From contig JAZDEO010000005.1 of assembly GCA_043808705.1 (NCBI GenBank), forward strand, positions 1 through 56,778: DNA of 56,778 nt, given 5' to 3'. Made by a program: the position numbers and the translations under genes. Shown here one piece after another: positions 1 through 9,343 of this stretch (position 1 is its first letter; every line of letters starts with the position of its first letter). The notes under the pieces were generated by a model that saw nothing but the letters and a program-made list of their open reading frames with translations, was not told the origin of the DNA and did not search any database. Source of the DNA: an archaeon (GTDB lineage Archaea; Nanobdellota; Nanobdellia; SCGC-AAA011-G17; GW2011-AR20).

Positions 1-25
1 TTTTCATACATTATATAAGACTTTT

Positions 26-84
26 TCATTTATAAAGATGGGGGGGCGGAGTTGTCCAGCTGTCCCATATACTAGAAAATATAT
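26..84. repeat. Conserved 59-bp non-coding element, copy 1 (TTTATAAA + GC-rich hairpin)
   Basis: tcatttataaagatgggggggcggagttgtccagctgtcccatatactagaaaatatat aligns without gaps to 9344-9402 at 50/59 nt. It lies upstream of a minus-strand ATG at 7-5 whose ORF runs off the window. Confidence 0.9.
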
Positions 85-141
85 GTTAAAATATAAGATA
101 CAAAATGGTTTTTGTGTAAAAAGGAGTTTATGTGCAAAGCA

Positions 142-1725
142 TTAATAACCAAAATACAAATCATTATCTTGTATATATCTCTTGTTATTCTTTAAAGCAA
201 GTTCAGCTTTCATAAGCTCTGTACCTAGATACATTAAATGCCTCTTATTTTCAGAACTTCCCATAAAAGCAATTCTATCTACTAACTCTAAAGCAGTATT
301 TCCATAAAATATCTCTAAAGTAATTCCTTTATTATCTACATGTTCTACCTTTATTTTATTATTTTCTATACTTATTATGTAATTACCTCTCAAATCATAT
401 ATCTTGTTTTCATGTGTTCTATATTTTTCTAGCATCTGTTCAGCTATTCTAAAGACATGATGATATACCTGAGCACTTCCAGAAATCATAGTCATAAAAC
501 CCAATTTCATCCCTAAAGCATCAGCTATCTCTTTCTGTAAGGCTCTAAAACCATAAGCATTCTGAGGCCATCCATTGTACATATCATGGCTTCTAAAGAA
601 CACTGTTAAATTTATCTTATTATTTTGCATTAACACTTGAATAAAAACAGCACACGGGCTGCTCTTATGCTTTCTTACAAGTTCATCTTCAACATGCCAA
701 GTTATTCCAACACAATTCTTAGAATTAATATTGATTTTTAGGCATTCAATAATATCCTTAACTTGATTTATTTTATAAACATTATCGTGTTTTAATGCAT
801 TTTTAACTAATAATTCTCTTTTTTCTCCAAGATTTTTTTTAAATTCAAAATCAACATTGCTTTGGTCTATATTCAATAAATTGTCAATCTTATAAGAAGG
901 AACTTCATACTCTCTTAATTTATTTCCATAAGTGTATGCCTTTCCTTTTGGTAATTCAGAACTTAATATTTCTCCCTGATAAAATTTAATTTGTTCTTTG
1001 GTAAAATTTAAAGGATTAATACTCAAATCAGGTTCATCAGGATTTTCATCATAAACAACAGCAACCAAATTATTTATTTCTCTTACTACTCTATCTGTGT
1101 TAGCATCCATCAGGTTTTCAACACCACATCTCATAATATTATAGATTATTTCAATCCATGTTTCCATCACTGTCCTTCCTCTAATAATCAAAGGACCTTG
1201 CTCAAATGGAAATGTCTTTGTTTCAGGCTCCTCAAAATCAAAATAAACAGGATTAGAATATGCCTCTTTCTTTTCTAATTTTTTCATTAAATCATTACCT
1301 TTTTTGATTTGTTCTTCTAAGGAAATATATTTTTCAGTAAGATCAAATATTTGAATAGAATTTCTCATAAGATTTATCTGTTCAATAGGAATATTTTTAT
1401 CAATATAAGTATCATCAAACCCAATAATCTCTCGTTTTTCATTTAAACCATTTTTGAAGAAACTCTTTAAAGTCTCAAGACTTTTACCATCCTGTTTATT
1501 CCCTATTAAAATTATATATCTTATGCATGGATTCGCTAAGCAATTCCTTATTAATGGTTCAATACCCTTTTGATGAGAATATAAATTAGCAGCTACAGCT
1601 AAATTATCTTTTTCAAGATAAGGTAAAACATTGGTTCTTTCTGTCCACAAAAAACATACAGCTACATTTTTATTATCGCAAAAATATGAAATCCTATCCT
1701 TAACAACAACAGGCCACTCCTTCAT
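142..1725 (-). CDS. thyA: Thymidylate synthase-family fusion: N-terminal MtrA-like domain, ThyA domain, C-terminal DUF4346-like domain
   Basis: ThyA motifs YTYG, SSPC (catalytic Cys), FRSHDMYNGWPQN, SAQVY. N-terminal GIEPLIRNCLANPCIRYIILIG resembles MtrA. C-terminal HLMYLGTELMKAELAL...YIQD resembles DUF4346. ATGA-coupled to dcd. Confidence 0.8.
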   Translation of the reverse strand: MKEWPVVVKDRISYFCDNKNVAVCFLWTERTNVLPYLEKDNLAVAANLYSHQKGIEPLIRNCLANPCIRYIILIGNKQDGKSLETLKSFFKNGLNEKREIIGFDDTYIDKNIPIEQINLMRNSIQIFDLTEKYISLEEQIKKGNDLMKKLEKKEAYSNPVYFDFEEPETKTFPFEQGPLIIRGRTVMETWIEIIYNIMRCGVENLMDANTDRVVREINNLVAVVYDENPDEPDLSINPLNFTKEQIKFYQGEILSSELPKGKAYTYGNKLREYEVPSYKIDNLLNIDQSNVDFEFKKNLGEKRELLVKNALKHDNVYKINQVKDIIECLKININSKNCVGITWHVEDELVRKHKSSPCAVFIQVLMQNNKINLTVFFRSHDMYNGWPQNAYGFRALQKEIADALGMKLGFMTMISGSAQVYHHVFRIAEQMLEKYRTHENKIYDLRGNYIISIENNKIKVEHVDNKGITLEIFYGNTALELVDRIAFMGSSENKRHLMYLGTELMKAELALKNNKRYIQDNDLYFGY

Positions 1726-2282
1726 TTTTTTAGATTTAATTTTATTCCCTCAGGACCTCTTTGATTTTTATATAGAGCATTAATCTTTTTGTAATAAGGA
1801 GTTTCACATTTATCACTCAACTTTGAAAATGTTAATCTACAAATATTCATACCAGGCCATAATTTTATAGGTACAGAGTTTATATTTGATATTTCTAAAG
1901 CTATATTTCCTCTAAAACCAGGATCAATCGAATTTGCAGTAGAATGTACAACAATACCAAGTCTACCTAAAGAACTTCTGCCATCCAATGTTCCAACTAT
2001 ATCATCTGGTAATTCTACATGTTCTATTGTAGCACCTATAACTAGTTCTCCAGGATGTATTACAACAGGATATCCTTCTTTAATTTCTTTAAACTCCATT
2101 AACTTATCTAAGTCTATATCTTTAATATCTATATAAGTTATGTTACTCTTTTTAAAGAATCTAAATTTATTGCTTAATCTCAAATCTATAGAACAGGAAT
2201 CTATATTTCCATCATGATCTTTGATTATAATTTTTCCTTCTTTTAATTGTTTTCTTATATCTTTATCACACAAAACAGCCAT
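1722..2282 (-). CDS. dcd: dCTP deaminase
   Basis: SIDLRL, DGRSSLGRLG, IDPGFRGNIALE, Y-x-x-Q-x-G-P motifs. Confidence 0.93.
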   Translation of the reverse strand: MAVLCDKDIRKQLKEGKIIIKDHDGNIDSCSIDLRLSNKFRFFKKSNITYIDIKDIDLDKLMEFKEIKEGYPVVIHPGELVIGATIEHVELPDDIVGTLDGRSSLGRLGIVVHSTANSIDPGFRGNIALEISNINSVPIKLWPGMNICRLTFSKLSDKCETPYYKKINALYKNQRGPEGIKLNLKK

Positions 2283-2376
2283 ATTAACCCCTTATTTTTT
2301 TAAAATGTTCTTTGCATTTAAGTATTTATATCTTTCAGAATATATAATTAAGATTAAAATGATATTAATATATAAT

Positions 2377-4134
2377 TTAGATATAATAATACTCGCCTTT
2401 ACTTCTTTGCTCTTTATCAAGCTGAGAATCGGGCTTATTTATTCTTCTCCTTCCAGTGCTTCTATCTATTCTATAAGTTATATCTAAACTTTTTAATACC
2501 CTATTCATACCCTCTTTTTTATTACAAGGTCCGTAAACATATCCTTTCTTTCCAGAAATTCCCTCAAACACAAGTAAAGAATCAGCCAAATAATCAATAA
2601 ACTGTATATCATGATCAACAATAATAGCACATACCTCCTTTTTAATAATAAATTCTTTAATTATTTCAGCTACCTTTAATCTGTCTTCAACATCTATAAA
2701 AGCAGAGGGTTCATCCATGGCAATTATTTTAGCTTCCTCTGATAAACAACCAGCTATACTTACTTTTTGAAGCTCTCCACCAGATAATGTTTTTATCTTA
2801 TTATTCAATATCTTTCCCAATCCTAATTTTTCTAAAATATTTTGTTTGTACCATCCAGAATTAAAGCTTCCTTTAGCTTTATTTTTTAAATAACTTAAAA
2901 CAGTATCATCACTATCTAAAAATATATACTGTGGCTTATAACTTATCTTTAATTTTTCAACATTCCCTTTAGAAGGTTTTTCCTCACCACTTAACATCTT
3001 TAAAAATGTACTTTTACCAAGTCCATTGGCTCCTACAATTCCTAATACTTCTCCTTTCTTTACATCACCTTTAGTTATCTTTAAAGAAAAATTCTCATAA
3101 TTCTTTTCTAGTTCAGGATATGAAAATAATATTTCTTCACTTATTTCTCGTTCAATAGCGCTTGTTGAAAATTTTATACTATAGTTTCTAAATCTAATAT
3201 TATCATCCTTTAGAAATCCATCTAGGTATTCATTAATTCCCCTACTAACTGCTTTTGACTGTGAAAATATTCCATAACAAGCAGGTTCTCCATAAATTAT
3301 TTGGATTTCATCAGAAACATAATCTAGGGCAGTTAAATCATGATCAACAACAATTACAGATTCCTTCAGTTCTCTAATAATCTTAGCAATCTTAATCCTA
3401 TAATTAATATCTAAGAAACTCATAGGTTCATCTAGATAAATAACATCAGCATTCTTAACTATCGAGGCTATTATTGCTAATTTTTGTAATTCTCCACCAG
3501 ATAAATTAGAAACCTCTCTATCTTTTATTTCATATAAATCCAGTTCTTTTAATAAAGAAATTCCAATCTTTTTTTCATCAATCTTTTTTATTAAATCAAT
3601 AACAGTTCCATTATACATCTTAGGTATAAGCTCTATTCTTTGAGGCTTGTAACTAACTTTTATTTTTTTATCAAATAACTTTTTGAAATAGTCTCCTAAT
3701 ATTGTGTTAGAATATCTATCTATTATCTCTTTATCATCTAATTTTTTATTATATTTTCCAAAATTAGGTTTAATGTTTCCAGATAAGATTTCTAGAGCAG
3801 TACTTTTACCTATCCCATTTCTTCCAATAATTCCAATAACTCCTTTTTTAGGAAGAGGTAAAGAAAATAATTCAAATGCATTTACTCCATATCTTAAGAT
3901 TGGATCCTCTTTTAATCTTTCAGGCAAGTTAACTATTGAAATTGCTTCAAAAGGGCATCTATTTGAACATATCTTACATCCATTACAGACTTCCTCATTA
4001 ATTTGGATTTTGTCATCTTTTTTAATAATACAGTCCTGATCATTCCTATTAAGAGGACAGAGGCGGATACATAAAAAATTTCCACATCCAAGAGGGTTAC
4101 ACTTAGACCTTTCAACAATTGCTATTCTAGACAT
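2377..4134 (-). CDS. Ribosome recycling ATPase ABCE1/RLI1
   Basis: N-terminal 2x[4Fe-4S] Cys cluster and two ABC domains (GRNGIGKST, LSGGELQ, GANGLGKST); C-terminal INKPDSQLDKEQ. Confidence 0.96.
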   Translation of the reverse strand: MSRIAIVERSKCNPLGCGNFLCIRLCPLNRNDQDCIIKKDDKIQINEEVCNGCKICSNRCPFEAISIVNLPERLKEDPILRYGVNAFELFSLPLPKKGVIGIIGRNGIGKSTALEILSGNIKPNFGKYNKKLDDKEIIDRYSNTILGDYFKKLFDKKIKVSYKPQRIELIPKMYNGTVIDLIKKIDEKKIGISLLKELDLYEIKDREVSNLSGGELQKLAIIASIVKNADVIYLDEPMSFLDINYRIKIAKIIRELKESVIVVDHDLTALDYVSDEIQIIYGEPACYGIFSQSKAVSRGINEYLDGFLKDDNIRFRNYSIKFSTSAIEREISEEILFSYPELEKNYENFSLKITKGDVKKGEVLGIVGANGLGKSTFLKMLSGEEKPSKGNVEKLKISYKPQYIFLDSDDTVLSYLKNKAKGSFNSGWYKQNILEKLGLGKILNNKIKTLSGGELQKVSIAGCLSEEAKIIAMDEPSAFIDVEDRLKVAEIIKEFIIKKEVCAIIVDHDIQFIDYLADSLLVFEGISGKKGYVYGPCNKKEGMNRVLKSLDITYRIDRSTGRRRINKPDSQLDKEQRSKGEYYYI

Positions 4135-4157
4135 TTTAAATTTTTAAGAATCTTTTA

Positions 4158-4751
4158 TTAGCTCTTTATTATTACCTCTATTTGATTAACAAATTCAATA
4201 GCTCTTTTTAAGGATGTTTCTGCATAACTTTTTTTTATAGACTCAAGCATATTATATTGAAATTTATGTCTTTTTTCTCTTTCAAAATCAAGGTTATTTG
4301 ATAGCTCATCTGCAACTTTAATATATTTATTATCTGTTAAATCTAATGCCTCATCTTTTATTTCTTCATAAATCTCAAACAGTCTTTTTGCAATCTTATT
4401 ATTTTTTATAAAATAAAAGTAAAATACATCTGATGTAACCTTATGCGCAATTTTATCTCCAATCTTTATCCCATTTTTTGAGAACAATGCATTTACAGCA
4501 TAAAACATAGAGTAATAAGATGTAGTGATCACCCATAAATAAGTCTCAAAATCATCTAATAAATTAAATAATTTTTTTAAATTCACATCATTTGAAAGCT
4601 GTTTTAGCGCTTCAGATGTTGCCAGTGATTTTTTAGCGTTTTCTAAATAAAATTCTGTAAGATGATCATACTCTATTTTCTTAAACAAACCATCCTTTAA
4701 ATAATAATTAATATTACTTTTTATTTCCTTAATTTCTTTTTCAGTTTTCAT
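4158..4751 (-). CDS. HEPN domain protein (putative toxin of HEPN-MNT pair)
   Basis: YYSMFYAVNALF and R-x4-Y (RHKFQY) HEPN pattern; ATGA overlap with the upstream nucleotidyltransferase. Confidence 0.75.
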   Translation of the reverse strand: MKTEKEIKEIKSNINYYLKDGLFKKIEYDHLTEFYLENAKKSLATSEALKQLSNDVNLKKLFNLLDDFETYLWVITTSYYSMFYAVNALFSKNGIKIGDKIAHKVTSDVFYFYFIKNNKIAKRLFEIYEEIKDEALDLTDNKYIKVADELSNNLDFEREKRHKFQYNMLESIKKSYAETSLKRAIEFVNQIEVIIKS

Positions 4752-5362
4752 TCTCCTAACCTAATACATTCATAAAATTGTTCAAACCCATATATTATAA
4801 CATGGTTTCTTGTCATTTCTTTTGCCACATTTAACTCCTTTGATTTCAACATTTCTATAAAATCAATATATGCAAACTCTAATGCATGAATATTTATATT
4901 TGTTGTTTTTGTAAATGATCTAATTATTGATTCAGCTTTCTCTAGGTTGTCTTTTGAAGTTATAACTGCTAAATCCAGATCTGAATTTTTTGTTTGGGTA
5001 TTTCTTGCAAAAGAGCCAAAAATAATTAAAGAGTGATCAGGAAAATTGAGCTTTTCTTTAAGATTATTTAAAAATATATGAATATTTTTGTTTTTGATTA
5101 AAAAATCCCTAGCTATCTGGGCTTCTACAAAGCAAGCAATATCCAAATTATTTTTATAATCTAATCTACAGTAATGTGATTTTCCTAATACATTTATATT
5201 TATTATATTTTTACTTAAAAGTCTCTGAATTGAAGAATGAACCTTTACATAAGGTCTTTTTAAGATATTTGAAAGCTCGTTTATAGAGAATTGTTTATTT
5301 ATATCTATAACTAAATATTTTAATATTTCAATATCTGTTTTCTCAAGTTGAATGTATACCAT
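4748..5362 (-). CDS. wHTH + minimal nucleotidyltransferase (MNT antitoxin-like)
   Basis: FGSFARNTQTKNSDLD (GS-x10-DxD); N-terminal wHTH FSINELSNILKRPYVKVHSSIQRL. Confidence 0.85.
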   Translation of the reverse strand: MVYIQLEKTDIEILKYLVIDINKQFSINELSNILKRPYVKVHSSIQRLLSKNIININVLGKSHYCRLDYKNNLDIACFVEAQIARDFLIKNKNIHIFLNNLKEKLNFPDHSLIIFGSFARNTQTKNSDLDLAVITSKDNLEKAESIIRSFTKTTNINIHALEFAYIDFIEMLKSKELNVAKEMTRNHVIIYGFEQFYECIRLGE

Positions 5363-5365
5363 TTT

Positions 5366-5383
5366 TAGTATAATATTATACTA
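5366..5383. promoter_or_regulatory. Perfect 18-bp palindrome, putative operator of MNT-HEPN
   Basis: TAGTATAATATTATACTA directly upstream of the MNT start codon. Confidence 0.65.
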
Positions 5384-5469
5384 CAAGAGGTATTTAAAAT
5401 AGTTTTTATTATTTTTTAAGTAGTAAAAAAAACAAAACCTTTTAAATACTTTATTACTAAACTAAAAAC

Positions 5470-5625
5470 ATGGCAAAATGTGATCTTTGTAAGAGTCAGA
5501 TTGAAGAAACATTCCTAAATAAAATTAAAGGTACTTATATTGCAGTTAAAGGCAAGAAGAAAACAATATGCAATAACTGCCAGAAAACATTCTCTAATCA
5601 AGAAATTTTAGAAAAATTAAAATAA
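5470..5625 (+). CDS. 51-aa zinc-finger protein (not in ORF track)
   Basis: MAKCDLCKSQIEETFLNKIKGTYIAVKGKKKTICNNCQKTFSNQEILEKLK has CxxC...CxxC; TATA-like tttaaata about 30 nt upstream; fills the intergenic gap. Confidence 0.8.
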   Translation: MAKCDLCKSQIEETFLNKIKGTYIAVKGKKKTICNNCQKTFSNQEILEKLK

Positions 5626-5627
5626 AA

Positions 5628-6170
5628 TTATTTATTGTAATTCTTTTTTAATAATCCATACATCACTTCATCATGTATCTCTCCGTTAGATTTACTTCTT
5701 CTACACTCTTTCCTTAAACCTTCTTTAACAAATCCAAATTTCTCAAGTAATTTTCCAGAGCCAGGATTTTTAGAAAATACTCCCGCTTCCAATCTTCTCA
5801 ACTTTAATTTATTAAAAGCAAAATCAATTAAGGTCTTTAATGCTTCAGAAACATATCCGTTTCTCCAATACTTTTCTCCTAACCAATATCCTACTTCAGC
5901 TGTTCTCTGAAATTTATCAAAATGACTTAAACCTATGCCACCTACTAATTTTTTCTCTGATTTTAATTCTATACAAAAATTATATTCCCTACCTTTTTCT
6001 TTACAGTGATTAATCCACCATTTAGCATCTTTTATAGTATATGGATAAGGTACAACTAAAAGATACTTAGAAACATTTAGGTTATTGATATTTTCAATTA
6101 AACTTTCAATGTCTTTATCACTTATACTCCTTAAAATCAATCTTTCTGTTACAATTCTCATTTTACTCAT
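5628..6170 (-). CDS. GNAT N-acetyltransferase (RimJ/RimL family)
   Basis: TERLILR, AEVGYWLGEKYWRNGYVSEA, NPGSGKLLEKFGF. Confidence 0.9.
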   Translation of the reverse strand: MSKMRIVTERLILRSISDKDIESLIENINNLNVSKYLLVVPYPYTIKDAKWWINHCKEKGREYNFCIELKSEKKLVGGIGLSHFDKFQRTAEVGYWLGEKYWRNGYVSEALKTLIDFAFNKLKLRRLEAGVFSKNPGSGKLLEKFGFVKEGLRKECRRSKSNGEIHDEVMYGLLKKNYNK

Positions 6171-7461
6171 GAGGCTTTGTTATATTAACATCTTTAATTA
6201 AGACTTCAGGAGTAACACAAGGAATTTGAGCCTCCCAACTTCTTAGTTGTTCACTAATCTTACTGCATGATTGAATATTATTTAAGATATTTAACATATT
6301 ATCACTTATTCTTATGTTTTTTAAACTTTTAACTATCTCACCATTCTCCATTAAGAATATAGCATCTCTCGGTATTGTTGAAAAGTCTCCTGTATTATAA
6401 TTCTGGAATCTTGTATACCACGTATTTGTTACATAAATTATTTTTTTTTGTTTGAATATATCTTCCTTTTTAGCATCAAACAAAAGATTAGATGGATCAG
6501 GTCCTATTAATCCAGCATTTGCAGTTGTTTTTGTTTTATACCTTATTGCAGAAGATGTATTATGCAAATATGTTTTTAATACACCATTCTCGATTATATT
6601 ATTTCTCTGGCAAGGGACACCTTCAGCATCGTACTTACTTGAATTATATCCATTCTCTAAAGTACCATCATCAATCAAATTAAAATTTCCTAATTTTTGT
6701 CCTATTTTATCTTTAAAGAAACTTAGTCCTGCTTCTACATTAAATATAGAACAAGCCTCCATAACATAATTAAGCAAAGAAGCCATAGGCATATATCCTA
6801 AAATAACATCATATTTTCCAGCATCAAGCTCTGTAGGGTTTTTAGCTAATTTTGCTATCTCTCCAGCTTTTCTTCCAGATTGTTCAACCTTTAACTTGTT
6901 TAATGTTCTCGAACAAGAAGTCATATGTCCAGATTCGTCTTTTTCATTTAATGCTCTTATTGAAAAATATAAACCAGTACTTTTATCTTCTACATTTATA
7001 TTATTTGAAGTTACTAAATGACTACTATTTATGCTAGATTCAAAAATACCAGCAACCCTTTTACTATTCTCTAGAGCTGCATTAATGCCTTTATTCAATA
7101 AATCAACTTCATCAAAATCTAAAACATTTTTATCATATCCATTCTCTGTTTCTTTATACTTAAAAGGCCCTTTTGCAATTCCCCTATAATCTTTATTTGG
7201 CTCTGTCTGCTTTAAAAATTTAAAAATATTTTTTATTAATTCATCAGCTGATTTTTTATTTAAATCCTTAAGTGAAGTAGCAATTATCTTATTCTTTTGT
7301 ACAACAAAAACAGATAAATTACTTAATATCTCTGTTCCTGTCTTTACTATCTTATTATTTGCAAACTTTAACTGAGTGCCTTCAGATTTATTAAACTCTA
7401 GCACAACATCATCTGCACCATTTTTTAATAATTCATCTCTAATGTAATAGATTATTTCCAT
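6163..7461 (-). CDS. pmbA: TldE/PmbA family protein
   Basis: GKYDVIL, YDAEGVP, ENGVLKTYLHN, GDFS; no HExxxH; in the tldD neighbourhood. Confidence 0.85.
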   Translation of the reverse strand: MEIIYYIRDELLKNGADDVVLEFNKSEGTQLKFANNKIVKTGTEILSNLSVFVVQKNKIIATSLKDLNKKSADELIKNIFKFLKQTEPNKDYRGIAKGPFKYKETENGYDKNVLDFDEVDLLNKGINAALENSKRVAGIFESSINSSHLVTSNNINVEDKSTGLYFSIRALNEKDESGHMTSCSRTLNKLKVEQSGRKAGEIAKLAKNPTELDAGKYDVILGYMPMASLLNYVMEACSIFNVEAGLSFFKDKIGQKLGNFNLIDDGTLENGYNSSKYDAEGVPCQRNNIIENGVLKTYLHNTSSAIRYKTKTTANAGLIGPDPSNLLFDAKKEDIFKQKKIIYVTNTWYTRFQNYNTGDFSTIPRDAIFLMENGEIVKSLKNIRISDNMLNILNNIQSCSKISEQLRSWEAQIPCVTPEVLIKDVNITKPHE

Positions 7462-7462
7462 T

Positions 7463-8242
7463 CTAACTACTTTCTAGCTCCTTAAACCATTTTACAAATA
7501 AATCTATAGCCTCTTTATACTTCTCTTCATTTGAAAATTTGTGATCGGCACCCTTAATTATCTTAAATCTTCTATTGCTTAATAAGCTACATAATCTTCT
7601 GCTCTGTTCTATAGGAACAGTTTTATCATTATCACCATGAACAACTAAAACAGGTATCTTAATATTTCTTGCAGATTCCCATCCATCATATTTCTTTGAA
7701 TCTTGATAAAAACCATAATTCAATCTTAATTTTCCCTTTAATGTACTTGTATAATATATAAATCCAATCTGGTCCCAATTTTTAATGTTTTCATTACTCC
7801 TATCTAAGATAATATTTCCCAAATAATTTGAAACAGGACTCATTAAACCCAGTCTAATTATATCTTTAGATAATGAAGCAGTAATCAATGAGGCATATCC
7901 ACCAAAACTCATTCCAAATAGTCCAATCTTTTTATAACCTAAACTTTTAAGATATTCAACAGCTTTCAATATGTCATCTATAGCCTCACTTAAGGTTATG
8001 TCTTCAAACTTGCCATCACTTTCACCATGCCCGTAAAAGTCAAATCTAAAAGTAGATATCTTTATTTCCTTTAATTTTTCATATAAATCAATTGTCACTC
8101 TAGAATCTTTACTCAGACCTAGACTATGACATAATATCACAATCAAGTTTTCTTTATTTTCAGAGGGATTTGATAATCTTGCACTTAATTTAATATCTTT
8201 ACTGTTCTTAAATACAATCTTTTCTTCCTTTGGTTCTTTCAT
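7463..8242 (-). CDS. Alpha/beta hydrolase
   Basis: RFDFYGHGES, GMSFGG nucleophile elbow, HGDNDKTV, GADH. Confidence 0.9.
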   Translation of the reverse strand: MKEPKEEKIVFKNSKDIKLSARLSNPSENKENLIVILCHSLGLSKDSRVTIDLYEKLKEIKISTFRFDFYGHGESDGKFEDITLSEAIDDILKAVEYLKSLGYKKIGLFGMSFGGYASLITASLSKDIIRLGLMSPVSNYLGNIILDRSNENIKNWDQIGFIYYTSTLKGKLRLNYGFYQDSKKYDGWESARNIKIPVLVVHGDNDKTVPIEQSRRLCSLLSNRRFKIIKGADHKFSNEEKYKEAIDLFVKWFKELESS

Positions 8243-8323
8243 ATTGTTCCTTTAACCTATTTGTCCATTTTAACATTAAATTGTCATTAGTTAAAATTTA
8301 TAAATTAAACGGTTTATTATATT

Positions 8324-9316
8324 TTATATATTTAGATAAAAATTCATCTTTTCAATCTTTTGAGGATCAGAAAAGCCAATTTTGTTATTAAAATTCCTAA
8401 TATTTTCCTTTCCACTAATTTCAACAACCCACTCACTAGAGACTCTTGTCTGATACTTACAAATACTTCTACATCTTAAACTAGATCTTATCCCGAATTT
8501 ATTCAATATATTTTGTTCAGAAACAAGCAATTTTGGAGGATTCTTTAAAACAATGTTCTTAATATTTTCTGGAAGGTTATTAAAATAAATCTTTTCACTA
8601 AATTCCATACTTCTAGAAAAATTTTCTGGAAAGTTAATCAGAATAACACTTCTTCCTAAAACTATTTTTCTGCTTATCTTAGTAGCAGCATGTCCTTCAT
8701 CATCAAAAACTTGTATTAAATATTGTTTCATCCATTCTCTTTTAGAAAATATAGTTTTAGGCACATCAGGATTTATTCTAGATTTACAACCATAAGGAAC
8801 CCCTAATTTTAATAATATTCTTCCTAAGATTGGATGAAATCTAACATGCTCATTCCTAAATTCATAAGGAATATTTATAATAAAAGATTTAGCAGAGTTT
8901 ATTATTTTATCCCCCAAAAATCCAGTATTTGCATAATGAGGATGCTGATCTTCATTATGGCCATCAGACATAAAAGCCGCAATTAAAATTGGTGTATTAA
9001 TACTATTTAGATTTATAGGAAATTTTAAATCAAGATAGTCCTTAACTCCTCCAAAACCTTTTATATTTTGGTTATATAAATTATAATCTAGTTTTAAATT
9101 ATTTAAAATTTTTTTTAAAGTTTTCAGCCTAATTAATTTATTCTGATTAATATAAAACAAAGTTTTAGAATCTATACCAACCATCTTGGAAATATTCTTA
9201 TTAGATTTATATCTTTGTTTAAGCATCAAAAATAAATCTTTAGAAGCTTTTTGTTCTAATAGAACCAAAATGTTATCAGGATTCTCATACCAATTGAATA
9301 ATAAATTTTTATTCAT
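8324..9316 (-). CDS. Free-standing LAGLIDADG endonuclease-like protein with N-terminal HTH
   Basis: Two LAGLIDADG-like helices (LIAAFMSDGH, YLIQVFDDEGH), FNNKIGFSDPQK tail, N-terminal HTH (NKNISKMVGIDSKTL); no intein splice motifs. Confidence 0.8.
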   Translation of the reverse strand: MNKNLLFNWYENPDNILVLLEQKASKDLFLMLKQRYKSNKNISKMVGIDSKTLFYINQNKLIRLKTLKKILNNLKLDYNLYNQNIKGFGGVKDYLDLKFPINLNSINTPILIAAFMSDGHNEDQHPHYANTGFLGDKIINSAKSFIINIPYEFRNEHVRFHPILGRILLKLGVPYGCKSRINPDVPKTIFSKREWMKQYLIQVFDDEGHAATKISRKIVLGRSVILINFPENFSRSMEFSEKIYFNNLPENIKNIVLKNPPKLLVSEQNILNKFGIRSSLRCRSICKYQTRVSSEWVVEISGKENIRNFNNKIGFSDPQKIEKMNFYLNI

Positions 9317-9343
9317 TTAACATCGATAAAAATAAAGAAATAC

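Noticed and set aside
8324-9316. Intein or group I/archaeal intron hosting the LAGLIDADG ORFs (also 55407-56549)
   Set aside because: No N-terminal C/S or C-terminal HN splice motifs; flanking genes are complete; no rRNA or tRNA exons flank them.
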